Origin: Chlorokybus atmophyticus
Lineage: Eukaryota; Plantae; Mesostigma and Chlorokybus algae
Direction of reading: 5' to 3'
Assembly (NCBI GenBank): GCA_009103225.1
Contig: RHPI01003156.1
Coordinates: 164,537-228,536 of the forward strand
DNA: 64,000 nt
The notes under the pieces were generated by a model. The model made no database searches. It saw nothing but the letters and a program-made list of their open reading frames with translations, and had not been told where the DNA came from. Position numbers and translations under genes: made by a program. Shown one piece after another: positions 47,400-60,959 of this stretch. Positions within the stretch are counted from its first letter, which is position 1. Each line of letters opens with the position of its first letter.

Positions 47400-47785
47400 A
47401 CATAAAGGCATTGTCATATGAGCTCGGACATGGCAATACCGAGTTGAAGGCCACGCACACAGTGTTGGCATCCGTGGGACAGCGTTCCACGTAAAAGGGG
47501 CCCCACTTGCGGGAGTGGGCTCCAAGTCCAAGCCGCTGTACCACCCTATACATGATGTTCATGGAGGACATGGCGAGGAGGGTGGTGTTGGAGGCGGAGA
47601 ACATTTGCTTGAAGCGTGAAAAGGCGCCGGCCATCCCTCATAAGCCCGTCACCAATGAGCCCACCCACCCCTTACTTGTGAGCATTCTTTGTCGTGACAA
47701 TAGCAATTCCATCAACCCCAACGCTTCAGTGGCGGCCATGGCCACCCGCTTTAGCGAGCCCATTACCCTAGGAGGGAGAACTTGA
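47400..47785. mobile_element. Rearranged DIRS fragments: MT domain (minus, about 47400-47540) fused to a gag-like piece (plus, about 47540-47785)
   Basis: Minus strand reads WGPFYVERCPTDANTVCVAFNS..DNAF. Plus strand reads LEAENICLKREKAPAIPH, as at about 32830. Confidence 0.7.
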
Positions 47786-47799
47786 GGAAGCGGGCTCGA

Positions 47800-49400
47800 C
47801 AACCAAAATCGAAAGCGCAACCATGAAGCTCAGCTCAATGAGGCTGAAACGGACGCCGCTCGGGGCCATGTTCTCATATACCAGGGGCATGAAGAGAGCA
47901 AGAAGCCATGCATGCAACAGGGATTGTCAATGCTAGTTGCTCTAAGGCTGTTGAGAAGCAGTGTGCTTATAGTGGCTTAATATCACGCCTTCCCCAACCA
48001 TGCAATGTTGCTGTGGTGGAGAATGAGATGGGTGTTCATGTGGACACTCAGTTCTTGCAAATCAATTGTGCGGGCAAATGTGCTTTGCTTAATGCGCCTG
48101 CTGAAAAGTTGTACAACATGCTCAAGCACTATTTTGTATGCAAGAGCAAGAGCGCGCACAACATGAGTGCGTGCGTTATTGTACCCAAGCATCCCGGCTC
48201 ATGGGTTCGCCTCACCAAAGGTATACAAGTCTTGGATAAAGTCAAGTTGAAAAAGGGTCGTGTACATGTGTTATATGACCCACCTACTATCGATCCGGTA
48301 AGTTCTTCAGACTTGACTTGGTTGTTTAAGGCATCAATTGCGCACGTGCCATGCATCTGAGTGATAGACACGGGCACACAGGAAAAGTTTATGAATCTTC
48401 TGTGCAACGCTTGGGCATTCGTGTCACCAAGTGTGCTGACACGGTTGTGGCCTTGAAAAAGCACGAAAACCCTGTGCGGGGAGTCATACGCTTGTCCGTG
48501 CATGTGCAAAGCTATCATGCTCAGCTCAAGTTCTTGGTCATCTCGGTTGAAGTGCCAAGCGTGGATGTCATTGTTGGCAGCCATTACGAGCAAGCATGTG
48601 GCTTACGTACGATCGCAGACACCAAACTTTGCAGTATATGTAAAGGGCGGGGTCGTGTGACCTTGCGCGGAGATGGTCACAATGCCGTACCCCCCGCAAG
48701 TGATAACAGATCTGGTATTAATGTCTCACGTTGTTTGTTGAGTGCTTTGCAGGTGAAGAGGGCGGTTTGCTATGGAGCTCAACCCCTTCTATGCTAGTCC
48801 GGCCGTTTGCCACGGCCCAACCACTGCAACAAATGACACCTAGAAAGCGGACACCTAGACACCTAAAAAGTTGTTCAGCATAATGCTGACGGCTACAGAG
48901 TTTATAGAGAACATGCATGCCGTGTTGGCAAGTGCAAAAGACTGCCTGAGAGCAGCACAAAACCTATAACAAATGTATGCCAATACGCAATACAGGCCTG
49001 ATGATGATCTCCAAGTGTGAGATCAAGTATCATTGAGTTTTCAAGGCATTCGACTCAAAACAAGCGGGATACGCAAGTTGCTACCCAAATGGCTAGGGCC
49101 ATTCCGCATCATTGACAAGGTCGGGGAACATGCTTTTTGGCTAGGATTGCCAAAGAGCATGCGGGTGCACAATGTGTTCCATGAGGCACTACTGAAACCG
49201 TACAAAAGCAATGGTCCAGTGCAACCTCCTCCTCCTCCAGTCGAGGTTGAGGGCGATCTCAAGTATAAGGTGAAGGCCGTTATCAGCAAACGGTTCAAAA
49301 AGTGTAAAAAAAACTTTCAAATCCAATACTTGGTAAAGTGGCTTGGTTATGGTAAAGAACATAACATTTGAGAGCTCAATTCTAAGTTGGCAAACTGTGC
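47800..49400 (+). mobile_element. Degenerate, RT-deleted Gypsy chromovirus with a Dam-like segment before the protease
   Basis: Segment LLNAP..SACVIVP, protease VIDTG (48361) ...DVIVG, integrase tail LLPKWLGPFRI..VHNVFH..LLKPY and chromodomain YLVKWLGYGKEHNI. Confidence 0.75.
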
Positions 49401-49899
49401 TGCCAAGGTAGACGGTTTTAAAACTGAGCTCAATCCACAGGCGGTACTTGAGCTTGTGCACAGTTGCAAAAGCGTGGACGCACGTCTGGTGAGAGCCATG
49501 TTATAAGCATGTGTAGTGCATGTGGGGTGCGCTCTCGTGGGTCTACTCTCGAGCCTCTATGGCCCTGAGAGTAATGAATTACACACAACAACATTGATGA
49601 GGGCTAGCACAGAGCTGGTCACTGCCTGAGGCCTTTGGCCCAAACCCATATTGCCACAGGATGTGACAGCTCCAAGAAAGAAGGCCAAGTGGGCAAACCA
49701 CAGGATCATACTGTGGTAGTGCGATTTGCCGCTGGAATGACCGTCGCAAGGCTAAGTGATGCCTGTGGGCAATCTGCAAGTACTACTGTACTAAGAGAGC
49801 CTATATTTGTAGTTCCGAGGTAGGATTATTCCTCATATGGAGAGCCGAGGGAGTTTAATAATCTCGAGATTGATGTCATATGATGGGACAGGTCTTATG

Positions 49900-50329
49900 C
49901 GGCCACAGTCAGCATGTGCTGGAAGGTCAGCACACAGCGACAAGGCCTTGGACCTTGAAAATGCTGTGTGCCAGGTCGGGAGAGCGGCAAGTGGCATAAA
50001 AGCTCGGGTGCTACCTGATGAGGGATCAAAGTGTGTTCACCACTTGAGGGCCACTCGTGTGTGAAGTGCCTGGTTGTAGCTGTTGAAGGGGCTCTCCCCC
50101 TCATCCATTGTGGGGTGTGGTGTTGTGTGTGTGCATGTGGGTGTGTCGGGCGTGGGTGTGCCTGGGGCTGGAGCTGTGTGAGAGGTTGGTGGTCATCCTC
50201 TCCTCCCTTGGTGCGCTTTTGCAACTTTCCATGTACCGTGGTGCTGGTGGGACTTTCACTAAAAGTCCTTGGTGCTTGTGCATAATTCTGCCAAGCTCCG
50301 ACCCGCAAGTAAGTAATGTTGTCGTCACA
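49900..50329 (+). repeat. Probable Gypsy LTR, related to about 61420-61864
   Basis: About 50088-50311 aligns by eye with about 61606-61846 and ends GTCGTCACA. The start is not resolved. Confidence 0.55.
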
Positions 50330-52153
50330 GGTAGGCTGCCCCCCACCAGAACGGCAGCTTTGCGTCCACCCTTCTCGTCTCTCACGCGGCAGATGCGCGG
50401 TGCTATGGCACCCTTGTGTAATTGGCCGGCTCAAAAGGCACTGTCCTGGAGGCGGGCTTGGAGAGCTATGATCTTCTCAGCCAGTCTCTAAAATGGGTGC
50501 GTGTCCTTCCTCCTCCGCAGCGCTGGCGCACGGACCAAGCCCCGTTTTCCCTAGCTTGGCTCTGTCACTCCCCGCCCCAGAGCCACGCAGGTTGGTTTTC
50601 AGACGGCGGGGCAGCGATTTTCGATGTGCATTGCAATCCCTCCTCCGCCTACTTATGGCCGACGCTGCCTGGCATCTCTGCCTTGCCCTCGCTTTCTTTG
50701 GGATAACTCCTCGCAACCAAAATATTGTTTTCTTACCCATCGCTTTGTTTTCCTGAAACCCAGACCTCAAATGCTGAGCTCTGCTTAACTCGGCTCTCTC
50801 ATGGCCCCGCATCTGGCGCCAATGGAAAACCTCTATGGCAGTTGGTAAGCAGCGCACATTGCTTTTAACTAATTGCTTACGACACCATCTTCACCGGCGC
50901 CCGTCTTGAGCACATGGGTGCAGCTCTGGAGTGCTTGAACTGCTCTTCTTTGAGCGTTGAATCCACACTCCACAAATTAAGTTAATGTTCGGCAGCACAG
51001 TCTCTGAGGTCCCTAGTTTCTCGTCTTCTCCCCCTCATCGGCGGCGATTGGTAGAAGTTGGCTTGCATAGTCGCGCTGTTGAGTGTATGTTATGGACAAG
51101 TTCGGTAAGCTTAAAATGGCCAAGTCTTTAGTGTACTAGTAGTTATGCTATGCCAACTGATATTGAGTAGTTGTGAGTTCAGTGGCAGATGTCTGGATTG
51201 TGTCCGACATGGAGTGTGAGCAAGCCCAAAGACTCCAGGCTTGGCTGAGTTTGGTGCAGGCTGGCTCATCTTAGAGCTCCAAAAGGATGGGAAGAACTGC
51301 GTGTGTAGTTAAGTGTAAGGCGCGTGGCATAGCTTGTTAAAAAGCGTGTGAAGCTAGCTATGCGGAAATACTTACAGCGCCGCGATTAATGGAGTATAGC
51401 TTATGTGGTGCTCGCTGAAGTAAGCGTGTGTAAAGACTGGCGGGGTACAAAAGCCGTGAACTCATGCCAATTTGAGTTTGCAAGGGATACGATGTAGTGC
51501 GTGTATGCTCATGTCCGGCAGTTGTTGTGCATGTGTGTATGCTCATGATGTAGCATGCGTGTCTGAATGCTTGCACTAGATCCATGTGCATGTATAGTAG
51601 CTTTTTTCGATTCTCAATAGCGTGTCGATCTCTCCCCTGTTCTGTTTTTTTTTTCCAGTGTTGCGCAACCCATCTCAACTCTCTCCGTGCTGTCTGAGCT
51701 GGTCTCTGTCCCATTGCTCTTGGGTGCATCAAATGTCACAGATGCTCACACTGCTCAAATAATGATGTTCCTTTTTCTATTCTTCTTTGCAGGTTTCTTC
51801 AAAGGGTGCTGACACAAACTTGGGAGGCTTGGCTTGCTGTTGGGTATACTTCAATTAAGTTAATCAGTTCTCGGGCAGCAACAGCATTCTCTGCCACATC
51901 ACCCTCTCTCTTCCTCTCCCTGGTGTTGTTTGGACACCCTACTCTTTGTTGCTGTAGTTGTATACCGTAGTTGGACCTTTGGGCTCGTGGATTTGACTCT
52001 TGCCTTTGTTCTCTGTACTTAATGTAACTTGTTTAGGCTCAAACAATAAACAAATAAAGTACTTGGAGCGACAGCGGCGGCGGGCATGGGATTATAGCAA
52101 CAAGATTGGGCGCCATGTTTGGGGCATCTAAACACAACTGGAGGAGGGGTTGA

Positions 52154-52542
52154 TGTTGAGAACTAGTGATGCGCCTAGTGTGTGTGTACTTGCCTCCTAC
52201 ATACAAGTGTGCACACACTAAGGACAAGTGCAGCAAGCACGCCAACTGTAGAGATAATGTGCGACCCATTGCATTAAGCAGTATACAGTGTCTTATATGC
52301 TATGCTACTAAGTACTAGTCAACTCTAGTCAACTCTGGTCAAAGTCAACACTAGTCAACACTAGTCAATGGTCAAAGTCAACGGTCAAAGTCCAAGTTGA
52401 CCATGGTTGACCATAACGGCTGTAACTCCCGTAACTCCCGTAACTCTCGTAACTCTCGTAACTATAAAGGTTAAGCTAATCGTACCAACTACATGTAGGC
52501 GCCGCCTATACATGTACTTTCAACAAGCTATAACATCTAACA
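52154..52542 (-). repeat. Solo Copia LTR-A with TSD GTTGA
   Basis: Reverse-complement LTR-A flanked by GTTGA at 52149-52153 and 52543-52547. Confidence 0.93.
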
Positions 52543-55500
52543 GTTGAGGCCATACTTGCAGTGACATGGGATCTTGCACAGGGCCAACTGACTGCACGTG
52601 GTGGAGGGGGAACCATTCTTATTGTTGATTGTCTTGACATAAGGGGGGAAGCTACGGCGTGTTGTTGGGACAGGACTTCTTGTTTTCAATGGTAGCGAGA
52701 GTGGACAACTGGTTGGAGCTTGGCTTGTGTAGACCAAATGGGAGCATGATAATAGTCAGAAGGCATTCTATGCGTTGCAAATGGCTGAGGTCAAGGAGGC
52801 TTAAAGCGAGGGGGTGGACGGATGTGACGATGCATGTTGGTAAAGATCAGCTAATATGTTATAAGACACGAGCACCAGCTGAAGGGGATATGATGTGCGC
52901 TTGTTGCGGGTGTCGTAACATGTGTATGATTATATATACTAGTTGTGTAGCTTTAAGAGCATTTTGAGCTACAATCTATGCATGAAGAAAGCTATAATGT
53001 GTGAGATGGAGAAGGTTCAACATCATGGGGCCATGACAAGTTGGTGGACAACATTAGCAAGCCACGAAAAGATATGCCACAACAGTCGTCACGTGCGCAC
53101 GTGCTAGTGGAGCAACACATCGTGTTAAACGGGCGTTTTTAATTATGTGTTTGAACTAGATTACGGTTAGCATATCAAGTTGTAACTCAGTTGCTCAGAT
53201 AGGATTTGCATGGCTCCGAATTGCTGACTAATGTGAGAGTTGTATGATAGCTATGGAAGCTAAAGCGGTCCAAATGGTTGTAGAGGCGTGATATGTTAAT
53301 GTCTTAAACTTGTGTGGTGTGCTAATGTGCTGTGCAACTAGTTGAGCGAAAGTCACTTCTTTTATTAAGAGTAAACACCTGCTTAAAAAGGCTTTAAGAC
53401 TTGGATAATTGTGACCTCGGTTGTTTGCTTGCCTCGAGTGTGCACATGTTTGCATATGCTGGTGTGAGGGGTATGAGCTTGCGCCACACCTTGCGAACAA
53501 GTGTAGCCTCATCTTCCATGCGTATGTGATACCACATGTCGATTGCAAGTGAGCAAATTTGGGAGAATCTTGAGCTAGCATACATGCGTGGAGAAAGCCA
53601 TAATGTGTGAAGATGGAGAATGTTGCAGCAATTTGGGGCCATGACGAGCTGGTGGACAACATAATCGTGCGATCACGGGATATGGTACGCCACTTGTCGG
53701 AGACGTCAACATGTTTTGGCTCATTTTTATTGAGGAGCAGGAATTCGAGCTGGGTGTGTAAGTTGTGTGTCCAGCTATGTCACCCTCATACTGCAACACA
53801 GTGAAGTGTGTGTTTGTGATAAAGCAAACGCCAACATAATATTAACAAGCAACACACATATACGTATATGAGAGCCGCTAGCCGCGGTTGCCATCTCTAT
53901 GCACCTGCCAGCTTCATTTCACCTATATGGCCCTCGCTTGGTAGAGTCAGCACGTGGTGACGTTTATATGTGTGGTATTGTGCGCTAAGTATACTTATGC
54001 AAACACATTTGAGAAACGGTTAAGTGACTCACATAGGGCCGCCAAGCCTCCCCCAAACCGTGCATTCTTGATGGAGTGATGGTTGCTTTCTTTTTGTCAA
54101 CATCACGGCGTTATGGTACATAATGCAAGGTGCTTGTCAAGCACTATATAAATTCAAGCACTTGCTTTACCATAACCGGATTTGGTCGCACATAGCAAAA
54201 TCCAAGAGTGTAGACAAGCATGATGTGCACAAATATACATACACAAATATGTGCACACCTGTGCACATACTTGAAGCGCGTGTTGTTGAAACCATGCAGG
54301 GTGGTGTTAACCTTGTCTGCTTCTGTATCATCCAGCAGCATTCTCATTGGCCAATGAGAGACTTGAAGATATGTCGCAATCATTTGTGCATCGCAATATG
54401 CCAATATGACAATATTTGCCCAATCGCCAAAGCATGAACTCATGGTAAGGAACAGCCACTTATGAAATACTAACACGCGCATGCATGCACATGATAAGAG
54501 CACGACTTTGGATTGACTGTGAAGCTCACCTTACCTCAATAAGATGTTTGTATCTTTATTGTTGACGACCGATTGTTGAGCAAGCTTTATATTTCCTGCA
54601 GTGCCAGTCTAAGGTAGCCACGTTGTTCACATAGTGTTACTTCATTGCGACATGGCCAAGGCACCTGCGAAAGAACTCTGCATGCCATTTCTAGCCACAT
54701 CAGCGCTCTAGCAACAAAGCCTAAATTTCATGCAATTGTATCCACATTAACCAACCCATATAATTTGGCGCAATGGTGCTTCGCACTTAGCTTAAAGGTT
54801 TTAAAAACTCACTGGCTTAAATTGACCAAGGGAGCATCACTATTGGCTTTATTACATCGCCCTACATCATCGTTGGTTGTTGACATTGCTCCAACCATTC
54901 ATGCAATCGCGCTTTAAATTCAGCTTGCATGCTCTAATTAAATTTATGCTGCACCGTATCATGTTGATCAACAAGTAGCTTGGTTATTACCTTGGTTGCA
55001 CCCGCGCATACGCCTGAGGCTGAGCCATCCTGCATTACTGCACACATTTGCATCCACATGCATTTGCACGCGCATGCATGCAAACAAATGCTGAGCATTG
55101 CTGCATGGATTGAACTCCAAGCTTACACGCGTAGTGGCCTAATACATTTAGTAACTGCACATATGCATGCACATGCACACGCGTGCGCAACGTAGTTGAA
55201 TCCTGAGCATGGTTACGTATATGCAATTGACAAGCTTCCACTTGTGCTTGCCTAATGGAATGTAAAGAGCATAAAACTGATACAAACGCAGTGCAATGGG
55301 TTGTCAATGCTGCCTCAATTATGCACATGTAAGTTTTTTGCAGCTTTGCGTTCAGATCTTGGTGCAATGTCTTGCAAACTTGCCGACTCTCTACATGTAC
55401 TGTTATGCCAAACTGTGCAACCATACACTTGCATGTGTGTGTGACAATAGACTTCCATGCGGTTGCAATGCCGTACTTGTCACAACCACCACTTGAGTGT

Positions 55501-57761
55501 AATGTAATCCATTTGATGCAAGTCAATGCATTAACGCTATAGCCATGTAGTGTAGTCGACATAATGATCAACCACAAGCAGGGTGGTCAAGCCTTTACCT
55601 GTAACCGCCTAAGCTTGTAACTTTGCTAAGAAGGGCTTACACATGCGTCAGCATGCGGTATGCCCCTAGAAGGATGCAGCCACGCATGCACAGGTGCAAG
55701 GCTGTTGTGTATGCACACAGGCCATGCACACCCTCAACATGCAAGAGGCATACATGTACACTAACATCTTATAAGGCTACAGCATGCATGTGCATGCACA
55801 CTTATTAACGCACAAAAGCGAAATCAGCTATACAAGGGTTGTCCACAACATGTAATCAAGAGAAACAACATTAACAAGACCATTAGCGGAAGTGGGAGGC
55901 GCCTACTCTTTAGTGCAGGCATTAGACTTCAGGTAAACACCTCAAACCCTAGCTAGGAACACTTAGAAACGCCCCACGCAGGAGGGTAAGGAAGGCCCCT
56001 TCAACAGATGTTATCCCACACACACAGCAAGTAAGCACACCAGGCTTGAGTCCAAAACTCACCCCCAAACCCATGTTGGCCTAGCTTGATATACTCCTCA
56101 CCAATGCCTTCCCACTTGGCCATAGGTTAGTCGAAAAGCCATCAACGCCTTTTCGCCCACAATGAGGTGACGCATCTAATTTTCATGCCACCACAAAGGT
56201 CTTGAAGAGATACTAGCATATGCCACTAGCATATGCCAACATGGTGTGACACATGTCACCTCAGCCATGTTTATCAATAGCTGCTATATTACACACAATA
56301 AATTGATGTGACACATGTCTCATCAACAACCAGCTAATGGCATGCGCATTGATCAACTCTGTGTTAGCTGCTTATTTGAGCCTTATATAGTTCATCTTGC
56401 CCAAGGCTCATGAGCACAAAGATTGCCTATAGGAGCGAACCACTTAGGTACTGCACACATCCAAGCAATTTAATTCCCATATAGTTATGCCGTAAACATA
56501 GCACAGCTACAACATATAAGAGTAATCGTGCCTTGCCTATTTAATGTGACAGTCTTTTTCGACTAACGCCTTTATTGAAGTTGCACGCTCGTGTGAAAAT
56601 ACCTGCCTGCATTAATTAAGGGTGTGCCTCTTCGGTGCTTTCACTCTAACACCATGCTAATTCTCGTAAACTGCCTGTTTGCAATGTTGCCATTGTTCAT
56701 CCCTTCCATCTCGTTAAAATGCGCGCAGGTAAATGACTTGCGTGCTCCAATTTCTTTGCAGCAGGGGTGCTTGCACTGCGTAACATTGGCGCCTTAACCA
56801 TGAGGCTACGGCAATAAAGGTCTCTACCACAGGAGGAGCCACATGCCATTTAACCATGTCCCATACCATGATATGACATTCCTCCCAACTCATTACCCGT
56901 GGGCTAGTGTCATCCCCCACATCACCTATCGGGCTCGCCACGACTTGCCCGTGGCCGCGCAACTCGCGCACCGCAGCTGACCCTTATCCCTGTCCCCATG
57001 GGACCAAACCCTCGTCATACTGCGCGCCGCCTGCCGGCACACATTTGATCGCAATCGCTCGGATGGTCGTAGGTTATGTACCATCGCTTTAACGGGTGCG
57101 ACCCCGCGCAGTGCTTTCAATCACTAATTTGCCTTGAATGAAATGTCGCGGCAACTACCGTATTTGCCCGATTACCCCCCCCCCCCCCCCCNCGCAGTGC
57201 TTTCAATCACTAATTTGCCTTGAATGAAATGTCGCGGCAACTACCGTATTTGCCCGATTCCCCCCCCCCCCCCCCCTGTATATTAGGGGGGGTGTTGCAT
57301 TTGGGGGGGAGATATTAGCTATTTATGCGCGGCGTTACGCTGCGTTGCGCAGCTACGCGATGCAGCATAACTTAGCGGCTTTTCTCGCCGTCCCTCACAA
57401 AACAGACTGACCCGACGATGGCGGCCATGCGCGTCGCTAGAGCTGCAAGCAGCAGGTGAATGAGGCAGGAAGCCAATGCTGCGGTTGTTGCCGCAGACAC
57501 AGCAGCCGCCTCTGCGGCAGTGGCAGCGGTAGCGGCTGTTTAGCATGTCCGTGATACTTGTTCAAACAATGTGCATGTTACGCAGTACGCGCGCGCGCGT
57601 GCGTATGTGTGTGTGTGTGTGTGTGTGTGTGCGTGCGTGCATGCATGTGCGTGCACATGTGTGTGTATGCATAGACTAAATGATGCATTACAACCCCCCT
57701 CCCATGGGGTTGTATTAAGGTCAGGGGGGTTGTGTGACCCCCCCCCCCCCCCCCGGGGGGG

Positions 57762-57993
57762 NNNNNNNNNNNNNNNNNNNNNNNNNNNNNNNNNNNNNNN
57801 NNNNNNNNNNNNNNNNNNNNNNNNNNNNNNNNNNNNNNNNNNNNNNNNNNNNNNNNNNNNNNNNNNNNNNNNNNNNNNNNNNNNNNNNNNNNNNNNNNNN
57901 NNNNNNNNNNNNNNNNNNNNNNNNNNNNNNNNNNNNNNNNNNNNNNNNNNNNNNNNNNNNNNNNNNNNNNNNNNNNNNNNNNNNNNNNNNNNN
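57762..57993. other. Assembly gap (N run)
   Basis: Run of N between G/C homopolymers. Confidence 0.99.
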
Positions 57994-58779
57994 CCCCCGA
58001 GGGGTATTCGGGCAACTACGCTAGCAGTTCTTGTTCCTATGGGTGGGATGTAAACACGTGCCGCTCAGCTTCGTTTTTACTGTAACATCGGCTCCTACTA
58101 CAACTAGGCTACGGCAGCAAAGGTCACTGCCAAGAGCCACATGCCATTCAGCCATGTTCTATACACAATATAACGCACTCTCTTGCTTCTGTTAAGTGCG
58201 AGGCTCCTCAGGCCTATGTTGTTCAAAAAAGACCCGCCTGGTCTGAAGTTGCTGGAATTGGACCCGCCTGGGGTTTATTTAGTAAGTAAGTCATGAAATA
58301 GCCTGGTCTAGTACTCGGTTTATGTGATACTTGGACTGATTGTAGTTACCGACCGCAATTTACATGGACGGCCTATGTTGGATATCAATTATATGCATGC
58401 CTTGTACAACAAATTGAGCCTAGATTGCGTAGGTATAAATACCTTATGCATTGAGTCTGTAACTGGAGAGAGAGCTCAATTTTGAGTCTTGAGTCCTGAT
58501 TAGCACACAGACGGCTAGGGTTTGTGCATGCGGTACATGGTTGCATGCAAGCGTGCCATTGGTTGTGTATGAGCCTACACGTTACAGCTGTCACGCCTCC
58601 TGAGCTGCATGCATTAGAATTAAATCCATCTAAGCGACTTAAACCAGCTGCGCTGACTTCCAGTCTTAAGATATACCGTAGACTCTTTTGCATTGGCTGA
58701 CTGCCAAGCTTAAAAGTATGGCTTGGTACTGGACTCCAGATGGACTTGGTACATGACTGCATGCAAAGACTATGTGGAA

Positions 58780-60166
58780 GAGTATAAGCCTCTGGCAAAA
58801 CCCATTAATGTCTCTGATTTTTAAAAGGGCTGCCATCGCACGCAATTGACTTTGGCACAGTTAATTTGAGTTGCGTGGTGGATGGCAACACCAAGCCTGC
58901 AACACTACAACAAATTATGTATGTTCCTAAAGCAGATGCAAGTCTTTTCAGTGTTTGTGCTGCTGCGCGGTTGGGGCCAAGAATATTTTGTAACGAGGAT
59001 CATGGAGTTGTCATGCATGGTCCTGAAACGCACGTGTTTGCGAGGAATGTGAGAGGACTGTACATAATAAACTTCAGTCCTGGGTCGCACTCTGCATTGC
59101 TAGCTGCTCCAAAGGAGAGTGCTAGAGTTTGCAGCACAGAAGACCAAATTGTGCGAATCTTGTTTCTAGCTAAGCTAACAAATACACCATTTCCCAAGTC
59201 TTTACGTGTGGATAAGAGACTGCTGGAGTTCGTGCACATGGATGTCCATGGACCTGTGCTTGCAAAGGGAGGTTTTATGTAACACTATACCTTTTTTTAT
59301 GCTTTTAGCAAGATTATGAACATGGTGGTATCGCTGATCTTGACATCTGATATAGCTGAGACTGCAAAGATGATCCCAACCATTGTGAGGCACCAGAATG
59401 GATTGAAGGTTGCGGCAATCAGATCTACCTGGGGAGGCGAATACTTCAAGCAGCATGTGAACAACTGGTTTGCCAATAAAAGAGTCAAGCATGAAGCCAC
59501 AGCACCATATACGCCTAAACAGAACGGTGCTGAACGGCTGAACATGACTCTTGTGGAGAAGGCGCAATCCATGCTTGAAGATGCCAAGTTGGTAAAGGAG
59601 TTTTGGTGTAATGATGTTTTGTCTGCAACATATGTCAGAGACATATCATTTATAAAGGCATTTGATTCTAAGACACTGTGAGAGCTGGTTTTCCGAGGTC
59701 AGCCTGATGTTTTGGCATTGAGGGTGTTTAAAAGTACCGCATATGTTCATGTGCCCAAGTTATAAAGAAAGAAGATGGATGCTGTCAGCCAGAAGGGAGT
59801 TTCTATTTGATATAAGGCAAACTCGAAGGCTTGGCGCGTTCTAGTGGACAAGGTGGTTGTCAGCAGAGATGTGGTGTCTGCCGAGGGAGAAAATGAATAA
59901 TAGGCTGGATGGGTTGATTTGTCGTTGAAAATTGCTGGTGTTTTTGGGTTTGAGTTCGCGCATTGTTTTGTGTCTGAATCTAAAGGCGGCAGCCCAACAC
60001 CATTGCTAACAGGTTTAAGCAAAAAAACTCTGATCCTGGGTCTACCTTGCGAGTCTGGGGTCTCCACCGGTCTAGGCATCGATTTTCAGAAAGAGAGCAC
60101 TGATGCTGTGATAGGGAGCAAGGATCGGCTTTGCCTAAAGGTTTGCAACAAGGTTTGCAAGATCGC

Positions 60167-60200
<34 letters not shown>

Positions 60201-60830
60201 CCATGCAGGGAAAGGAAAGAGCCTAACATGTTGCCTCCCTGATATTAGACACTTGCTGCACATTTTGAAGGAATTGAGCCAAGTTTTGAAAGGAAGCTTT
60301 GCGTGATCCCAACGTGGCAGCAAGCGATGAAACGAGCAGGTTGCGTCGCAACATAAGAACACATGGGAGCTAAAGCAGGTGTCAGCTGGTGTTAAGCCAA
60401 TTCATGTCAAGTGGGTTGATAAGTGTAATGGTTCTGAAAACATTAAGCGGTACAAAGCGCAGCTGGGTGCGAAAGGCTTTCTGCATCAAGAGGGGGTGAA
60501 CAATAAAGTTTTCGATCCTGCAGGGAAGCTAACAACTTCTAAAACTTTGCTTGCTGTGATTGCTGTAGAGGATTTAAAACTTCACCACCTAGACATCAAG
60601 AGTCCTTTCTCTATGAAGAGCTTGAAGAAGAGATCTTCTGCCATCAACCCAAGGGTTTTGCATGCAACTTAATGATGGCGCCCTATAAATATATTACCTG
60701 AAGAAGGCGACCATAGTCGGGTACATTCGGTTGTGCAAAAAGCTTGACAAGTTGGAGTTTGTGGCATCCACCGCAGATGCTGGGCCTTTTTGGCACGAGA
60801 CAAAAGAAGTCTGGCTACTGGTCCATGTGT
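58780..60830 (+). mobile_element. Degenerate Copia pol fragment (protease tail, integrase, RT start)
   Basis: LQQIMYVP...LFSV, VHMDVHGP, IRSTWGGEY..TAPYTPKQNG.AERLN.TLVE, AYVHVPK..RKKMD and YKAQLGAKGF..EG. Confidence 0.85.
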
Positions 60831-60959
60831 GTCACGCCCACAGAGCAGGCAAAAGTCATTCTTTGTCCCTTACTTATGTGGTAAGTAAGATGAGACCAAG
60901 TGGGGACCCACACTACGCAAGCGTGTGTAGTGCTTGTGGGTGTGCTCTCATGTAGGTCT

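Noticed and set aside
50330-51750. ORFs 50477-50857 and neighbours as a gene
   Set aside because: No motif support on either strand; probably old TE remnants.
32405-52542. Short repeated units (TTGACTAG, GTTACG) or the 53-bp array as a CRISPR
   Set aside because: No unique spacers and no cas genes. They are internal to LTRs or degenerate tandem repeats in eukaryotic DNA.
53575-53720. Ankyrin-like AAIWGHDELVDNII, loosely duplicated at about 52990-53130
   Set aside because: Single weak repeat in degenerate sequence with no supporting frame.
54100-57100. Mutator-like transposase remnant (RCASCAATG near 56950)
   Set aside because: The knuckle is incomplete, no catalytic motifs were recognised, and all frames are heavily interrupted.
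57107-57276. 86-bp tandem duplication as a biological repeat
   Set aside because: Units are separated by poly-C and an N, typical of an assembly artefact.
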